From a bacterium (lineage in GTDB: Bacteria > Electryoneota > Electryoneia > Electryoneales > Electryoneaceae): DNA of 64,000 nucleotides. Positions within the stretch are counted from its first letter, which is position 1, and every line of letters begins with the position of its first letter. The position numbers were made by a program, and so were the translations under genes. Under the pieces are notes generated by a model. The model ran no database searches. It saw only the letters and a program-made list of their open reading frames with translations, and was not told where the DNA came from. The DNA lies in the NCBI GenBank assembly GCA_963669175.1, contig OY769902.1, forward strand, positions 3,872,001 to 3,936,000. The letters run 5' to 3'. Positions 49,221-58,879 of this stretch are shown here, piece by piece.

Positions 49221-49901
49221 CTACGGCTGATTTTGCAAATCCATCGTCTGTCTGACTCGACTGGCCTCCCGATGCGCGTGTCGAATCACTTCCGGCAACC
49301 GGTACTTCGTTACGGTAGCCATCGTCCATGCGACTGCTCCCTCATGGTCAACTTTATGTCCCGGCGAGATCCACACTGGCTTCACATTTGTGCGGGTTCT
49401 CACGATACTCCCGATTTGTTCTCCCCTGTCCCAACAAGGCTCGCATTCCCCTTTGGTCAAACCGGGAGTACTACACTCACCTATCAAACGGCTCTTAGCA
49501 CACCCGATACTCGGAATTCCAAGCAAGACTCCGATGTGGGCTGCCAGTCCGCATCGCCTCGGATGTGCAATTCCCTGGCCGTCAACAATCATAATATCCG
49601 GTTTTAGTGATAAGCTCCGCCATGCAGAAAGCAGAACCGGAGCTTCCCTGAAGGATAAAAAACCAGGAACATAGGGAAATGTCACTGGCGCGGTATCTGA
49701 AGCTACTTCCACAAGGTGCAGGTCAGGCCAGCTCAATACGACGGCAACGCCTATCATCCGGGTTTTATCAGGACTGATCGATGCATCCAATCCGGCAATC
49801 AGCGATACTTCACTCGCCAATGGAGCCGACTCCAGAATCACCTGTTCAGCAAGGCGCTGCTGGATATCCCTGGCCTGCTCAATTGAAATAGCTATATCCA
49901 T
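49221..49901 (-). CDS. nfi: Endonuclease V
   Basis: FPYVPGFLSFRE, VDGQGIAHPRRCGLA and GCAKS. Confidence 0.96.
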   Translation of the reverse strand: MDIAISIEQARDIQQRLAEQVILESAPLASEVSLIAGLDASISPDKTRMIGVAVVLSWPDLHLVEVASDTAPVTFPYVPGFLSFREAPVLLSAWRSLSLKPDIMIVDGQGIAHPRRCGLAAHIGVLLGIPSIGCAKSRLIGECSTPGLTKGECEPCWDRGEQIGSIVRTRTNVKPVWISPGHKVDHEGAVAWTMATVTKYRLPEVIRHAHREASRVRQTMDLQNQP

Positions 49902-50063
49902 CCATCCGGCTTTCTGGTCTGCATGGAAAATATTGTATTATCACTTCTTTTACAACTGTTCCCTGATATCACATGTAAGAACTTCTTACAAATATAAAAA
50001 GAAAACCTCTTTACCAGATTCGGAGCAAAGAGGTGGAATCATGTTCTTACAAGTCAACTTGAA

Positions 50064-50426
50064 TTAGAGAGCTGCAATCACTTCTTGTAACTCCCTGATC
50101 CGGAAAGGCTTTGCAAGCACTCCCGCAGCGCCCTTTTCCAGCAATTCATCGGTCACATCACCCTCGCCATACCCACTGACAATATAGATCTTCAGCTCGG
50201 GATTGATCTCATGTAACTTTTCAAATGTTTCCAGCCCATCCATTTCGGGCATGTACAAATCGAGAAGCACGCAATCAAAGGTTTGCTCTTTATTTTCAAC
50301 CTGAACAATTGCCTCGGGACCGCTACCAACTGTAACAGATGAAATATCTAAGATATCAAGCATTTCCTTGAGTGTTTCGCGAACAGGTGCTTCATCGTCA
50401 ACCAGCAATATGCACTTGTCTGCCAT
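50064..50426 (-). CDS. Single-domain response regulator receiver
   Basis: LLVDDE, DLYMPEMDG, SGY and KPF. Confidence 0.92.
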   Translation of the reverse strand: MADKCILLVDDEAPVRETLKEMLDILDISSVTVGSGPEAIVQVENKEQTFDCVLLDLYMPEMDGLETFEKLHEINPELKIYIVSGYGEGDVTDELLEKGAAGVLAKPFRIRELQEVIAAL

Positions 50427-50543
50427 CGTATCTGCCTTCTTTTTACACTGCCCTGGTCAGATCTTCATACGAACAACCTAGGCAATGTACTTGAATTCCT
50501 TGATATGGTCAATAACAATTTTTTCCATGAAGAGGTGCCCATG

Positions 50544-51422
50544 TCATTGAATACTCGTAATAAGGGAGCCGATTTTTTCATTTGTAATCTCGATCCTGTC
50601 CCCTGACCGGATTTCACATACCCCCGCCGGTGTGCCTGTGGCCAGGATATCCCCTTTACGCAACCCGGTTATACCTGCTACAGCGCTGACAAGCTCTGCA
50701 GGCGGCCAGAGCCAGAGCTGCACATCCCCTGTCTGCTTTGATTCACCATTCACAGTTGTTGTAAATGTAAATGACGCAATCTCAGCGGAATCCTTCAATA
50801 CATACACGGCGGGCCCCAAGGGAGCAAAACCGGGACGTCCCTTTCCGGCCAGCCAGGGTTTTCCCTTTTCCTTCAATTGTGATTGTTTTCCACGGTCGGT
50901 AATATCATTAATCAGGGTCACTCCCCAGATCGCAGACAAAGCCTCTTCCTTGTTCACTTCGCCAAACAGGTCTTTGCCGATAATCAGCGCCAGCTCACCT
51001 TCCAGCTCAACACGAATACTGTCGTGAGGTAACGCCAGGGTATGATCAGAAGGGAAAAGACACGTGCGAGGTTTCATGAACAGTATGGGCTCCGAGGGAA
51101 TCGGGTTCCCCAGTTCAGCAGCATGCGCCGCATAATTCCTGCCGACACAGATCAAATCTCCGGCCTGGATGGGAATATCCCAAGTGTATTCATGCGCCTC
51201 CATTGCTGGAATGCTGTCAATAGATGTCTCGATCAATTGAATGAGAAGCTCGCGTTTTTCCAGTTGCACAAGGCTATCCAGTGTAGCTGGAATCCCAGCC
51301 GGTATATAGTGCTGCTCGATAGCTTCCCGCCAGACAGGAAGTAAATCGTGAAACTTCCCCTGTCTATCTGCCGCCGCCAGTATTCTCCGGCCATCAACAG
51401 CCTGCAACATTGCCAGACGCAT
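50544..51422 (-). CDS. Fumarylacetoacetate hydrolase family protein
   Basis: CVGRNYAAHAAELGN, EGELA, ND.T.R and GDILATGTPAGV. Confidence 0.92.
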   Translation of the reverse strand: MRLAMLQAVDGRRILAAADRQGKFHDLLPVWREAIEQHYIPAGIPATLDSLVQLEKRELLIQLIETSIDSIPAMEAHEYTWDIPIQAGDLICVGRNYAAHAAELGNPIPSEPILFMKPRTCLFPSDHTLALPHDSIRVELEGELALIIGKDLFGEVNKEEALSAIWGVTLINDITDRGKQSQLKEKGKPWLAGKGRPGFAPLGPAVYVLKDSAEIASFTFTTTVNGESKQTGDVQLWLWPPAELVSAVAGITGLRKGDILATGTPAGVCEIRSGDRIEITNEKIGSLITSIQ

Positions 51423-51578
51423 TCCAACCTCCACTTGGATTTCTTTTAGATGAAGAAACTATTTACATGATCCTGTGCCGAAGAGCAACAGGCTGGAACT
51501 ACGGAGTGTTTTTAGAGTGTGAAGGTAAGCTCGGCTGAACATTGCTGTTTCCCCCGTTAACATGTAGCTTACACCGTT

Positions 51579-53390
51579 ATGCATACAACACAGACAACAG
51601 ACCGCTGGTTACAGGTTCTCCTGTTTATCGCCGCATTTGGATTAACCCTGGCTGCAACGAGTCTTACGCTTGCGCCGGGTGTCGGAGCAGGTTCAGCCGC
51701 CGCATGGGCAGCAGGATCTTTTGGGATTGGGTCAAGCGATTCCGCCGTGTATTCTCCCCTGTTCCTGATCCTGACGAAAATTGTTCGCTGGCTTGGCCCG
51801 GAAAACTCAACCGCAGAACGGTTGAATTTCTTCTCCTCAATCGGCGTCGCCACAGCAGCAGGCCTGGTCAGTCTTCTCCTGTTCCCGTTCATGAAACGTC
51901 GCGGGTATTGGGGCGTGTTTTCGCTGGCATTGCTGGGTGGTGTGTTGACTGGTATCACTCGTGTTGGCTGGGCTTCCGCCCTGATGATCAATCCCGGCCC
52001 GTGGGCCATTGCCGCAATGCTCGGCGCTTTCCTACTGGTTGGAAGCGGTGAGGCCGATAACAGGCGCATTACGTTCGGTTTCTTCGTCATGGGACTGGCT
52101 GGCGCTTTCCATGTGGCAACCCTAGTCTTTTTTCCGGCATTCCTCTACTGGGGTTTCATGCATTCAACACAGTGGCGTGGTCAGCAGGCTTTCATTCAAA
52201 TGGCCGCCCTATGCGCCCCGTTATGCCTGATGTTGATCCCGAATGCGCAGCCCTTTTTTGCAACGACAGGCCTGTTCACGGGAACGCCGGGATTGCCGGA
52301 TGCCCAGGGATTTGGACTTGTTGGCTGGACTGCGCTCTGGACATTAACACCCGCCGGTCTGCTTCTCGCATTGTGGGGATACTTCCGGCTACCGTCAGAT
52401 AAGAAACAATTCCTCCTGCTGGCAGGCCTTGTTCTGGCAGGAATTGTTATACTCACACTCTTAAAAACAGAAACAGCCCAACTGGCTGCGATTGTTCTCT
52501 CCGTTATCATCGCTATAGGAGCAATCTTCGGGCTGGCAGACCTGTTCAACCGTATCCCTGGTGGACCGGCATTGCTGCTGTGGATCCTGGTTCCGGGACT
52601 GTGGGTCGGGCATGGACTTGCGGTATCACAGGCAAGCGCCGACGAAAGAACAATATGGGAGATCCATAACTCCAACCTGATTCGCACTGTTCGCCTGAAC
52701 AACCTGATCATCACAGAAGATGACAGCTTGACCCTGGCGCCCTATTTTTATCTGGTTCAGGCCAAAAAAATGCGCCCGGACCTGGCATTGATTAACCCGG
52801 CAATGATGTCTGATCCTGGATATCTGGAGTTCATTGAGGCAACCTATCCACATCGGTTCAAGGCAATTCAACCGACACTGGATTCACTCAAAGCTTCACT
52901 TCAGCAAGATGAAAATGATCCGGCAGTTCGTGGAATAGTAGAATCCCTGCTGGCGGAACTGATTGTCAGCGAGATAAAATCGACAGGTGTTGTGCTGTCA
53001 CCAGGCGTCATCGAAGAAATCGAACGGGGGGATTCCACAGCATATCCCGTTCTATTCAAACTGATGACGCAAGATTACCAGGTAGTCCCGGAAGGCCTTT
53101 TCTATCGAGTTTTACCGAAGGAGGACAGGCCTTTCCCCTTCCATTTCTCCGGGCTGGATATGGCCAGAATCAAGTTTGATAATGCTGCGCCAATGCTGCA
53201 AAACCGAATGGTGACCATTTATCCGAAGATGTTCACCAACAGGGGATCATGGATGCTGAGCAGGAAGTTCACGGCGGAAGGAATGGAGTATGTTCGCTGG
53301 GCCTTGAAAATTGCCCCGGACTATACTCCGGCTGTACTCCTGGCTCGTGATTATGGAATCAGTGGCGAACCAACACTGCTGGGCAAGTGA
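51579..53390 (+). CDS. Polytopic membrane protein, possibly DUF2723/GT-C-like glycosyltransferase
   Basis: TLAPGV...GI...YSPLF N-terminus, many TM helices, DD...PYFY....RPDL and a C-terminal TPR-like helix; divergent. Confidence 0.55.
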   Translation: MHTTQTTDRWLQVLLFIAAFGLTLAATSLTLAPGVGAGSAAAWAAGSFGIGSSDSAVYSPLFLILTKIVRWLGPENSTAERLNFFSSIGVATAAGLVSLLLFPFMKRRGYWGVFSLALLGGVLTGITRVGWASALMINPGPWAIAAMLGAFLLVGSGEADNRRITFGFFVMGLAGAFHVATLVFFPAFLYWGFMHSTQWRGQQAFIQMAALCAPLCLMLIPNAQPFFATTGLFTGTPGLPDAQGFGLVGWTALWTLTPAGLLLALWGYFRLPSDKKQFLLLAGLVLAGIVILTLLKTETAQLAAIVLSVIIAIGAIFGLADLFNRIPGGPALLLWILVPGLWVGHGLAVSQASADERTIWEIHNSNLIRTVRLNNLIITEDDSLTLAPYFYLVQAKKMRPDLALINPAMMSDPGYLEFIEATYPHRFKAIQPTLDSLKASLQQDENDPAVRGIVESLLAELIVSEIKSTGVVLSPGVIEEIERGDSTAYPVLFKLMTQDYQVVPEGLFYRVLPKEDRPFPFHFSGLDMARIKFDNAAPMLQNRMVTIYPKMFTNRGSWMLSRKFTAEGMEYVRWALKIAPDYTPAVLLARDYGISGEPTLLGK

Positions 53391-53401
53391 TCTCCAGAAA
53401 A

Positions 53402-53857
53402 TCACTTGCCAGATGTCAGCATATCATCCAGTATTTCTATTGCTGCCGACACATACAGGGGACACTTACTGGTAAACACTTCCTGCTGAACCGCGAGATC
53501 ATGTTCACGTGGATCGCCGATATTATAGCCCAGTAATTGCCTGCATGAAATCGAACCATGTACGTCAAGAAAACGTCTTCGGAATTCATTTACACGTTCA
53601 AACAACCTGTCCCTGGCATCCTGATCCGTTGGGTCCGGCGAAGCCTCCGCTAATCCCAGAGCTATCAACGCCCCTGCAACAGCGCCGCACAATTCACCAT
53701 TCCGTGCGGTTCCCGCACCAAAAGGAGTCGCCAGTTTGGCGGCCGTGGCAGCATCCATCCCCAAGTCCTCTGCAAACGCATCCAGTACCGCCTGCGAGCA
53801 GAGATATCCATTCAGGAATTTATCAACAGCCTTATCACTTCTCTTGTTCGCATCCAC
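53402..53857 (-). CDS. C_GCAxxG_C_C family putative redox protein
   Basis: GYLCSQAV, GELCGAVAG, SISCRQL and C..YV. Confidence 0.88.
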   Translation of the reverse strand: MDANKRSDKAVDKFLNGYLCSQAVLDAFAEDLGMDAATAAKLATPFGAGTARNGELCGAVAGALIALGLAEASPDPTDQDARDRLFERVNEFRRRFLDVHGSISCRQLLGYNIGDPREHDLAVQQEVFTSKCPLYVSAAIEILDDMLTSGK

Positions 53858-54100
53858 CCCATCACCTCCACACATGCATCACTTGTAAACAGTACGCCTG
53901 TATCGATAATTCCAACAAACATTGCATCCTGTGATGCAGGAGGTCAAATGGTAGTCATTCGTTAAGTAGTTTCCGACAGTCCCTGCTGTTTTATATTGAT
54001 CGAAAGATTTCCATGGTTCAAGTATTTGTCATGACAGGCTTCTTCCCCTAGAAGGATATTTCAAGGATATTTCACGGATTAATATCGTCTGATATCAGCT

Positions 54101-54193
54101 ATGTATATCCGCCATGTATATTTGCCATGTATATCTGCTATATATATTTGCCAAATATATCTGCTATGTATATTTGCCATGTATATCTGCTAT
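54101..54193. repeat. 13-bp tandem repeat, about 7 copies
   Basis: Alternating ATGTATATCTGCT / ATGTATATTTGCC units. Confidence 0.9.
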
Positions 54194-54203
54194 CTGACAA
54201 TTT

Positions 54204-54811
54204 TAGCAGGCTTTAGCCCTGTCTCTTGCTCACATCTTCGTGTTTCTGCCACCCCAGAGGGGTGGTATATTTTAGCGTAGGGTTGACGCTGTCTGTTTAG
54301 CGTCTACCCTACGAAAAAGATCAAACCTTATCTCAACCCTGGAAGGGTTGCATAACGTATAATTTACACCCAATTGGTTTGTATAGAATATAAAATGCGT
54401 TATTTCCTGTATTTATTGAACGTACTAATATGAATCGTGTATTATGCAACCCTTCCAGGGTTGATTATTCGTTAGAATACCTGACATAGTGTACAGGCCA
54501 AACAGACGGCCTGTACACTATGCTAAAATAGGGAATCCCGCCGGGATTCTAAAAATGCTATGTCCACAACTCTTTTACTGATACAGCTTTCAGAAGATGT
54601 GGGTAAGAGACAGGGCTGAAGCCTGCTCTTCTTAGCACCCGGCTTCAGCCGGGGTGAAAAGACGCCAACATCATCACGAGCGCGCTTTAGCGTGCTTGCC
54701 TGGTGCAAATCCTGATTCAGGAAAGCACCCTGAAGGGCGCTCACCACTTCTTTATCATCACGAACACCCCGGCTGAAGCCGGGTGCTAAAAAGAGCCTGC
54801 TGAAGCAGGCT
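54204..54811. repeat. REPIN-like element, family A copy 2 (interrupted by inverted MITE)
   Basis: Same three-hairpin arms as 25890-26500, with different spacers. Confidence 0.8.
54219..54613 (-). mobile_element. IS50-end MITE, copy 3 (inverted, near-identical to copy 1), 395 bp
   Basis: TIRs CTGTCTCTTGCTCACATCTTC / GAAGATGTGGGTAAGAGACAG; flanks GGCTTTAGCC and GGCTGAAGCC (8/10 match). Confidence 0.9.
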
Positions 54812-54850
54812 GATAACTATTCGAATCACAAAAATACATTCGGGAGCTCC

Positions 54851-54923
54851 TATAGTACCAGCGTTAAATATAGTACTAGCGTTAAATATAGCGCCAGCGT
54901 TAAATATAGCACCAGCGTTAAAT
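54851..54923. repeat. 18-bp tandem repeat, 4 copies
   Basis: TATAG(T/C)(A/G)C(C/T)AGCGTTAAA x4. Confidence 0.92.
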
Positions 54924-55202
54924 AAAGAAGATAACGCATTGCAAAAGCTGCGTACTTGTCCGCAAGAATCATCAATCCAATTGAATCAGCCGTCTGATTG
55001 TCAGCGAACCTGATTACACAACGATAGGCAGGAGAAGAACAGCCTGCTCCGGGAAACCTGTTTCCATGAAAAGCAGTACAAGGGACAACAGGCTGATTGC
55101 ATATTTTACCTTGCCCTGTCAGCCTGGATAGTATATTGTTTTCGCTCAGGGCGTCGGTTAGCTTGTATAGATAGCAAGCATCAAACAACAAACGGTAATA
55201 CA

Positions 55203-55694
55203 GTGGCAGTAAAGATAAACGACACATCGCCCATTTTCGGGAAGGGCAATCCGGACGTAGAAGAGACGGCCTACGTGGTCCGTACCGAAGGTGACATTGC
55301 CTACGTCCAGATGCAACGCCAGGAAGAGTGTGCCAGTTGCGGGATGAACAAGCTTTGCCATCCTTCAGGGGGAGACGCCCCGATCATAGAAGCCAACAAT
55401 GAGGTTCATGCCTCAGCCGGGGACATTGTCGTTCTGGAGACGGCCGCTTCCACAAGACTGGGCGCTTCTTTCGCCGTATTCATTGTTCCGGTTGTGCTCA
55501 TGGTCATTGGCGCGGTATGGGGACAAAATCTCGATCCGGCATGGCATGAAGGAGTAATCGTTGGCGCTTTGGCGGGATTGGCAGGCGGCATGCTGATTGC
55601 CGGAATCATCAACCGTTTTGCACGGGGCAAACGTGGTATGCGCCCCTACGCTACCAGGATTGTGTATTCCAGCCCAAAGCCCATGCAATCATGA
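55203..55694 (+). CDS. RseC/MucC family protein
   Basis: CASCG...C motif, GDIV and two C-terminal TM helices. Confidence 0.85.
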   Translation: MAVKINDTSPIFGKGNPDVEETAYVVRTEGDIAYVQMQRQEECASCGMNKLCHPSGGDAPIIEANNEVHASAGDIVVLETAASTRLGASFAVFIVPVVLMVIGAVWGQNLDPAWHEGVIVGALAGLAGGMLIAGIINRFARGKRGMRPYATRIVYSSPKPMQS

Positions 55695-56842
55695 TTATGA
55701 GCCCGGTTACCGAGATCAAACAGGCCGCATTGGAAAGCGGCTTTCATTTTGCCGCTATCGCACCTGTTGATCCATCACCACTGGCCCATCACCTGGATAT
55801 CTGGCTGCAACAGGGACACGCTCAGCAGATGCGCTGGATACCGGATCGCAGAATGCTGTTACGTGATCCCCGCCGCGTCTGGCCGGACGCAAAATCCATG
55901 CTTGTCGTCGGCCTCCGGTATAGTTTATCCAGCCACTATGATGCTTTCCTGACCGATCCGTCCCGTGGCGCGATCAGCCGTTACGCCTGGGGACGTGATT
56001 ATCATAAAATCATGGGAAAACGTCTGCTGGCTTTGGGCAAGAACCTCTCCTCCATCCTGCGACAGCCGGTAAACTTCCGAAAATTTGTTGACGCAGGTCC
56101 ACTGCTGGAACGTCCCCTCGCAGCTCGTGCAATTCCCGGTTTCATTGGCAAGAACACCCTGCTCATCCACAAGGCGATTGGCTCAAGCTTTTTCCTCGGT
56201 GAATTGTTGCTGGATATCAGTCTCCCGCCTGATCCTCTACAAGAGTTGGAAGGATGCGGGAAATGCAACGCCTGTATGAAAAACTGTCCCAGCGGAGCAT
56301 TGGGTATTCCCTGGAAACAGGCAACACGCAATTGTCTGTCCTATCATACGATCGAAGGTGGTCCAATTATCTCCCACAGAATTCGTCCACTGCAGGGAAA
56401 CCGGATTTTCGGTTGTGATGAATGCCAGACAATTTGCCCTTTCAATCGGGAGAATGATCAGGATGCCTCCCCGCCTGATCCGGCTTTTGTACCGGACAAT
56501 ATCAACCGTGTCGCGCCATCATTGGCTGATGTGATGCGCTGGTCACGCGACGAATATGACGCACTGTTTGCCGGGAGCGCAGTACGGAGAGTTTCACACG
56601 AGTATTTCCAGAGAAATGCCGTGGTGGCGTTGGGAAACTGGGGCAGCGATGAAGCGTTGGAGATCCTTGCGCCCCTTCGGGATAGTCCTTCGGAGATCCT
56701 TCGTGCTCACGCAGCCTGGGCAATCGGCCAGTGTCATTCTGCGGAAAATGCAACAAACATTCTTGCGAAATGGCAGCAAAACGAAGCCAATCCTTTAGTT
56801 CGCCTCGAGCTACAACTCGCGACGAATACCTCAGGTAATTAA
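55691..56842 (+). CDS. queG: Epoxyqueuosine reductase
   Basis: ISRYAWGRDYH, GFIGKN, CGKCNAC...CP, GCDECQTICPFN and a HEAT-like C-terminus. Confidence 0.93.
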   Translation: MIMSPVTEIKQAALESGFHFAAIAPVDPSPLAHHLDIWLQQGHAQQMRWIPDRRMLLRDPRRVWPDAKSMLVVGLRYSLSSHYDAFLTDPSRGAISRYAWGRDYHKIMGKRLLALGKNLSSILRQPVNFRKFVDAGPLLERPLAARAIPGFIGKNTLLIHKAIGSSFFLGELLLDISLPPDPLQELEGCGKCNACMKNCPSGALGIPWKQATRNCLSYHTIEGGPIISHRIRPLQGNRIFGCDECQTICPFNRENDQDASPPDPAFVPDNINRVAPSLADVMRWSRDEYDALFAGSAVRRVSHEYFQRNAVVALGNWGSDEALEILAPLRDSPSEILRAHAAWAIGQCHSAENATNILAKWQQNEANPLVRLELQLATNTSGN

Positions 56843-58215
56843 AATTCTGTCCCCTCAGGAATGAGTAGAATATTCAAGACTATTGAATCATCAGCAGGGA
56901 TATATTCTACCCGCTCAATTGTGCTATAACCGGTTTTTTCGAAGGTAAGATGCCTGCATCCTGCCTCTACGGTCAGGCAGAATTCCCCATCTGCGTCTGA
57001 AAGGGTTGACGCGCCAGTCTCATCTGAAATATCAACATCACGAAGGGCTTCCATGGTATTGCCGTCACATACTGTCCCGAATACCTGGCCATTTCCTGCT
57101 ACTTCTTGATAAACAGGGATGTCAAGTGTCAGATCTTCGCGCTCTTCCAGAAAAATGGGGATGGTATAAAACAATTCATATCCATATACAGAAACGAGTA
57201 TACGGTATTCCCCACTCGGGATAAAATTGACCAGGTAATTGCCATCTGCGTCCGAAACTGCAGTGCCGGTGTTTGGATATGTGGTAATCCTTGCCCCACC
57301 TATCTTTGCGTTTGTTATCCCGTCATATATACAACCGGATAACGAGCCGTATGGATTTTCCAGGCACAATGTGACAATGGTTGTGTCCCCCGGTACGACG
57401 GAAACTGTCGTATCAACAATTGCAGAGCTATTTATAGACGCACACAGAGAATAGGATCCTCCGACCAGATTATAGAATGCAAAATGGCCATCTTGATCTG
57501 TCATGTCAGGATCACTACCCGGTTCTATTGAGACACGAATACCTTCCAGCCCTTCGTTACTGTACGGATCAATCACAGTGCCAATAATATCACCGTAAAC
57601 ATTTATGTATTCCAAGGCTATATTCACTTCCGTACCTGTAGCGCTATCAACCTGGCAGAAAATTGTTACTGATTCAAAGCCGGCCATGGATGCCAGAATG
57701 GTATAACTCCCGGCTGGCAAGTCAACAAACTCGTAGTATCCCGAGTTATCTGTATACGTATCATCGTAATTCGGGTATTTGCTGATTACAACATTTGCAA
57801 TCGGTTCTGAGTTCTGAAAATCAATCACATGACCAAAGATGTACCCGTTCTCCGGGTTCGGGTCCGGGTCCGATCCAATGGCAGGAAGCAGGGCGAAGTC
57901 CAGGCTTTCTACATCACCAGCATGGGGTCTGACAATCTGGTTCAGCGAGTGGAAACCATCACGGCTGGCATTAATCGTGTATTCGCCGGGGGCAAGGTCA
58001 ACAAAAGAATATGCCCCGTATTCATCGCTATAGGTGGCGATACCGTCAGGAGCAAGATAAAGGCATGTGTTTTCAAGAAAATCACCTGATTCGGAATCAG
58101 TCACAACGCCATTAATACAGCAATATTTCTGTTCCTCATCGTCATCCTGGCAACAGGCAAACAATGATGCAAAGCACAGGATTGGCAGGAGAAACCATCG
58201 AAACCCAGTATTCAT
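56839..58215 (-). CDS. Lipoprotein with five carboxypeptidase-regulatory-like repeats
   Basis: Lipobox LFAC followed by CQDDDEE; repeated G-x-(I/V)-x-G-x-V-x-D...DG-Y...G-x-Y. Confidence 0.8.
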   Translation of the reverse strand: MNTGFRWFLLPILCFASLFACCQDDDEEQKYCCINGVVTDSESGDFLENTCLYLAPDGIATYSDEYGAYSFVDLAPGEYTINASRDGFHSLNQIVRPHAGDVESLDFALLPAIGSDPDPNPENGYIFGHVIDFQNSEPIANVVISKYPNYDDTYTDNSGYYEFVDLPAGSYTILASMAGFESVTIFCQVDSATGTEVNIALEYINVYGDIIGTVIDPYSNEGLEGIRVSIEPGSDPDMTDQDGHFAFYNLVGGSYSLCASINSSAIVDTTVSVVPGDTTIVTLCLENPYGSLSGCIYDGITNAKIGGARITTYPNTGTAVSDADGNYLVNFIPSGEYRILVSVYGYELFYTIPIFLEEREDLTLDIPVYQEVAGNGQVFGTVCDGNTMEALRDVDISDETGASTLSDADGEFCLTVEAGCRHLTFEKTGYSTIERVEYIPADDSIVLNILLIPEGTEF

Positions 58216-58347
58216 GAAAGCCCCCATGAATTCATGTCGGTAGCCCTGTTCGATAGTATGTATCATGATCAAGGGTTTTCTAATATAGGCACCTATTGAA
58301 AAAGTCTCCAGCCTTATCCAGGTAATTCTTCAATATTTTCGTTTGGA

Positions 58348-58617
58348 CTAGTGGACCGGATCACGTGAATCGAGGAGTTCTGCTTGTCACGGACGAGTTG
58401 GGTGCAAGGCGATTTCATGCAGGTGTAGCGGGTTACTGTAAATGAAATCAACGCAGCAGACAGCCGCCTCGTGACAAGCCCGAAGGGAGCACGCCTCATC
58501 GTTCATGACTGCGTTCCATTCCTTTGAAACAACCCGCTATGCCTTCAGGAATGGGCCTTGTCCTGAACGATGATACGCAGCTCAGTATCCATCGATTCAT
58601 GTGATCCGGTCCACTAG
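58348..58617. mobile_element. 270-bp Correia/RUP-like MITE or structured ncRNA with 26-bp terminal inverted repeats
   Basis: CTAGTGGACCGGATCACGTGAATCGA (58348-58373) vs TCGATTCATGTGATCCGGTCCACTAG (58592-58617), 25/26 complementary; interior almost fully paired. Confidence 0.7.
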
Positions 58618-58828
58618 GTTACCGCGTTCCTCGGTTGAGTCTAGCGGATCAGAATATCGAACATGACTGGATTTACGGCTGTCCCAAACAGACGGGACAC
58701 CGCAAGCTTCGGTTCCCATCCCCGATCACTGCTTTCGGGGACAGGCTCTTCGTGGGAATAAATACCACGTACTCGTGAAATATCCGGGTTAGCAGTACCG
58801 ATGTATCAAAAACGACATACTGAAGAGC

Positions 58829-58860
58829 AAAAAGCGGCTGCCGAACGGCAGCCGCTAAAA
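58829..58860 (-). terminator. Intrinsic terminator of the upstream lipoprotein gene
   Basis: GCGGCTGCCG-TT-CGGCAGCCGC followed by TTTTT on the minus strand, about 20 bp after the stop. Confidence 0.85.
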
Positions 58861-58879
58861 GACTCAACAACATGTTGTC

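Noticed and set aside
49213-49329. 109-bp overlap of the REC-GGDEF ORF with nfi as a real overlapping gene
   Set aside because: The extension is low-complexity, and a downstream TTG start removes the overlap.
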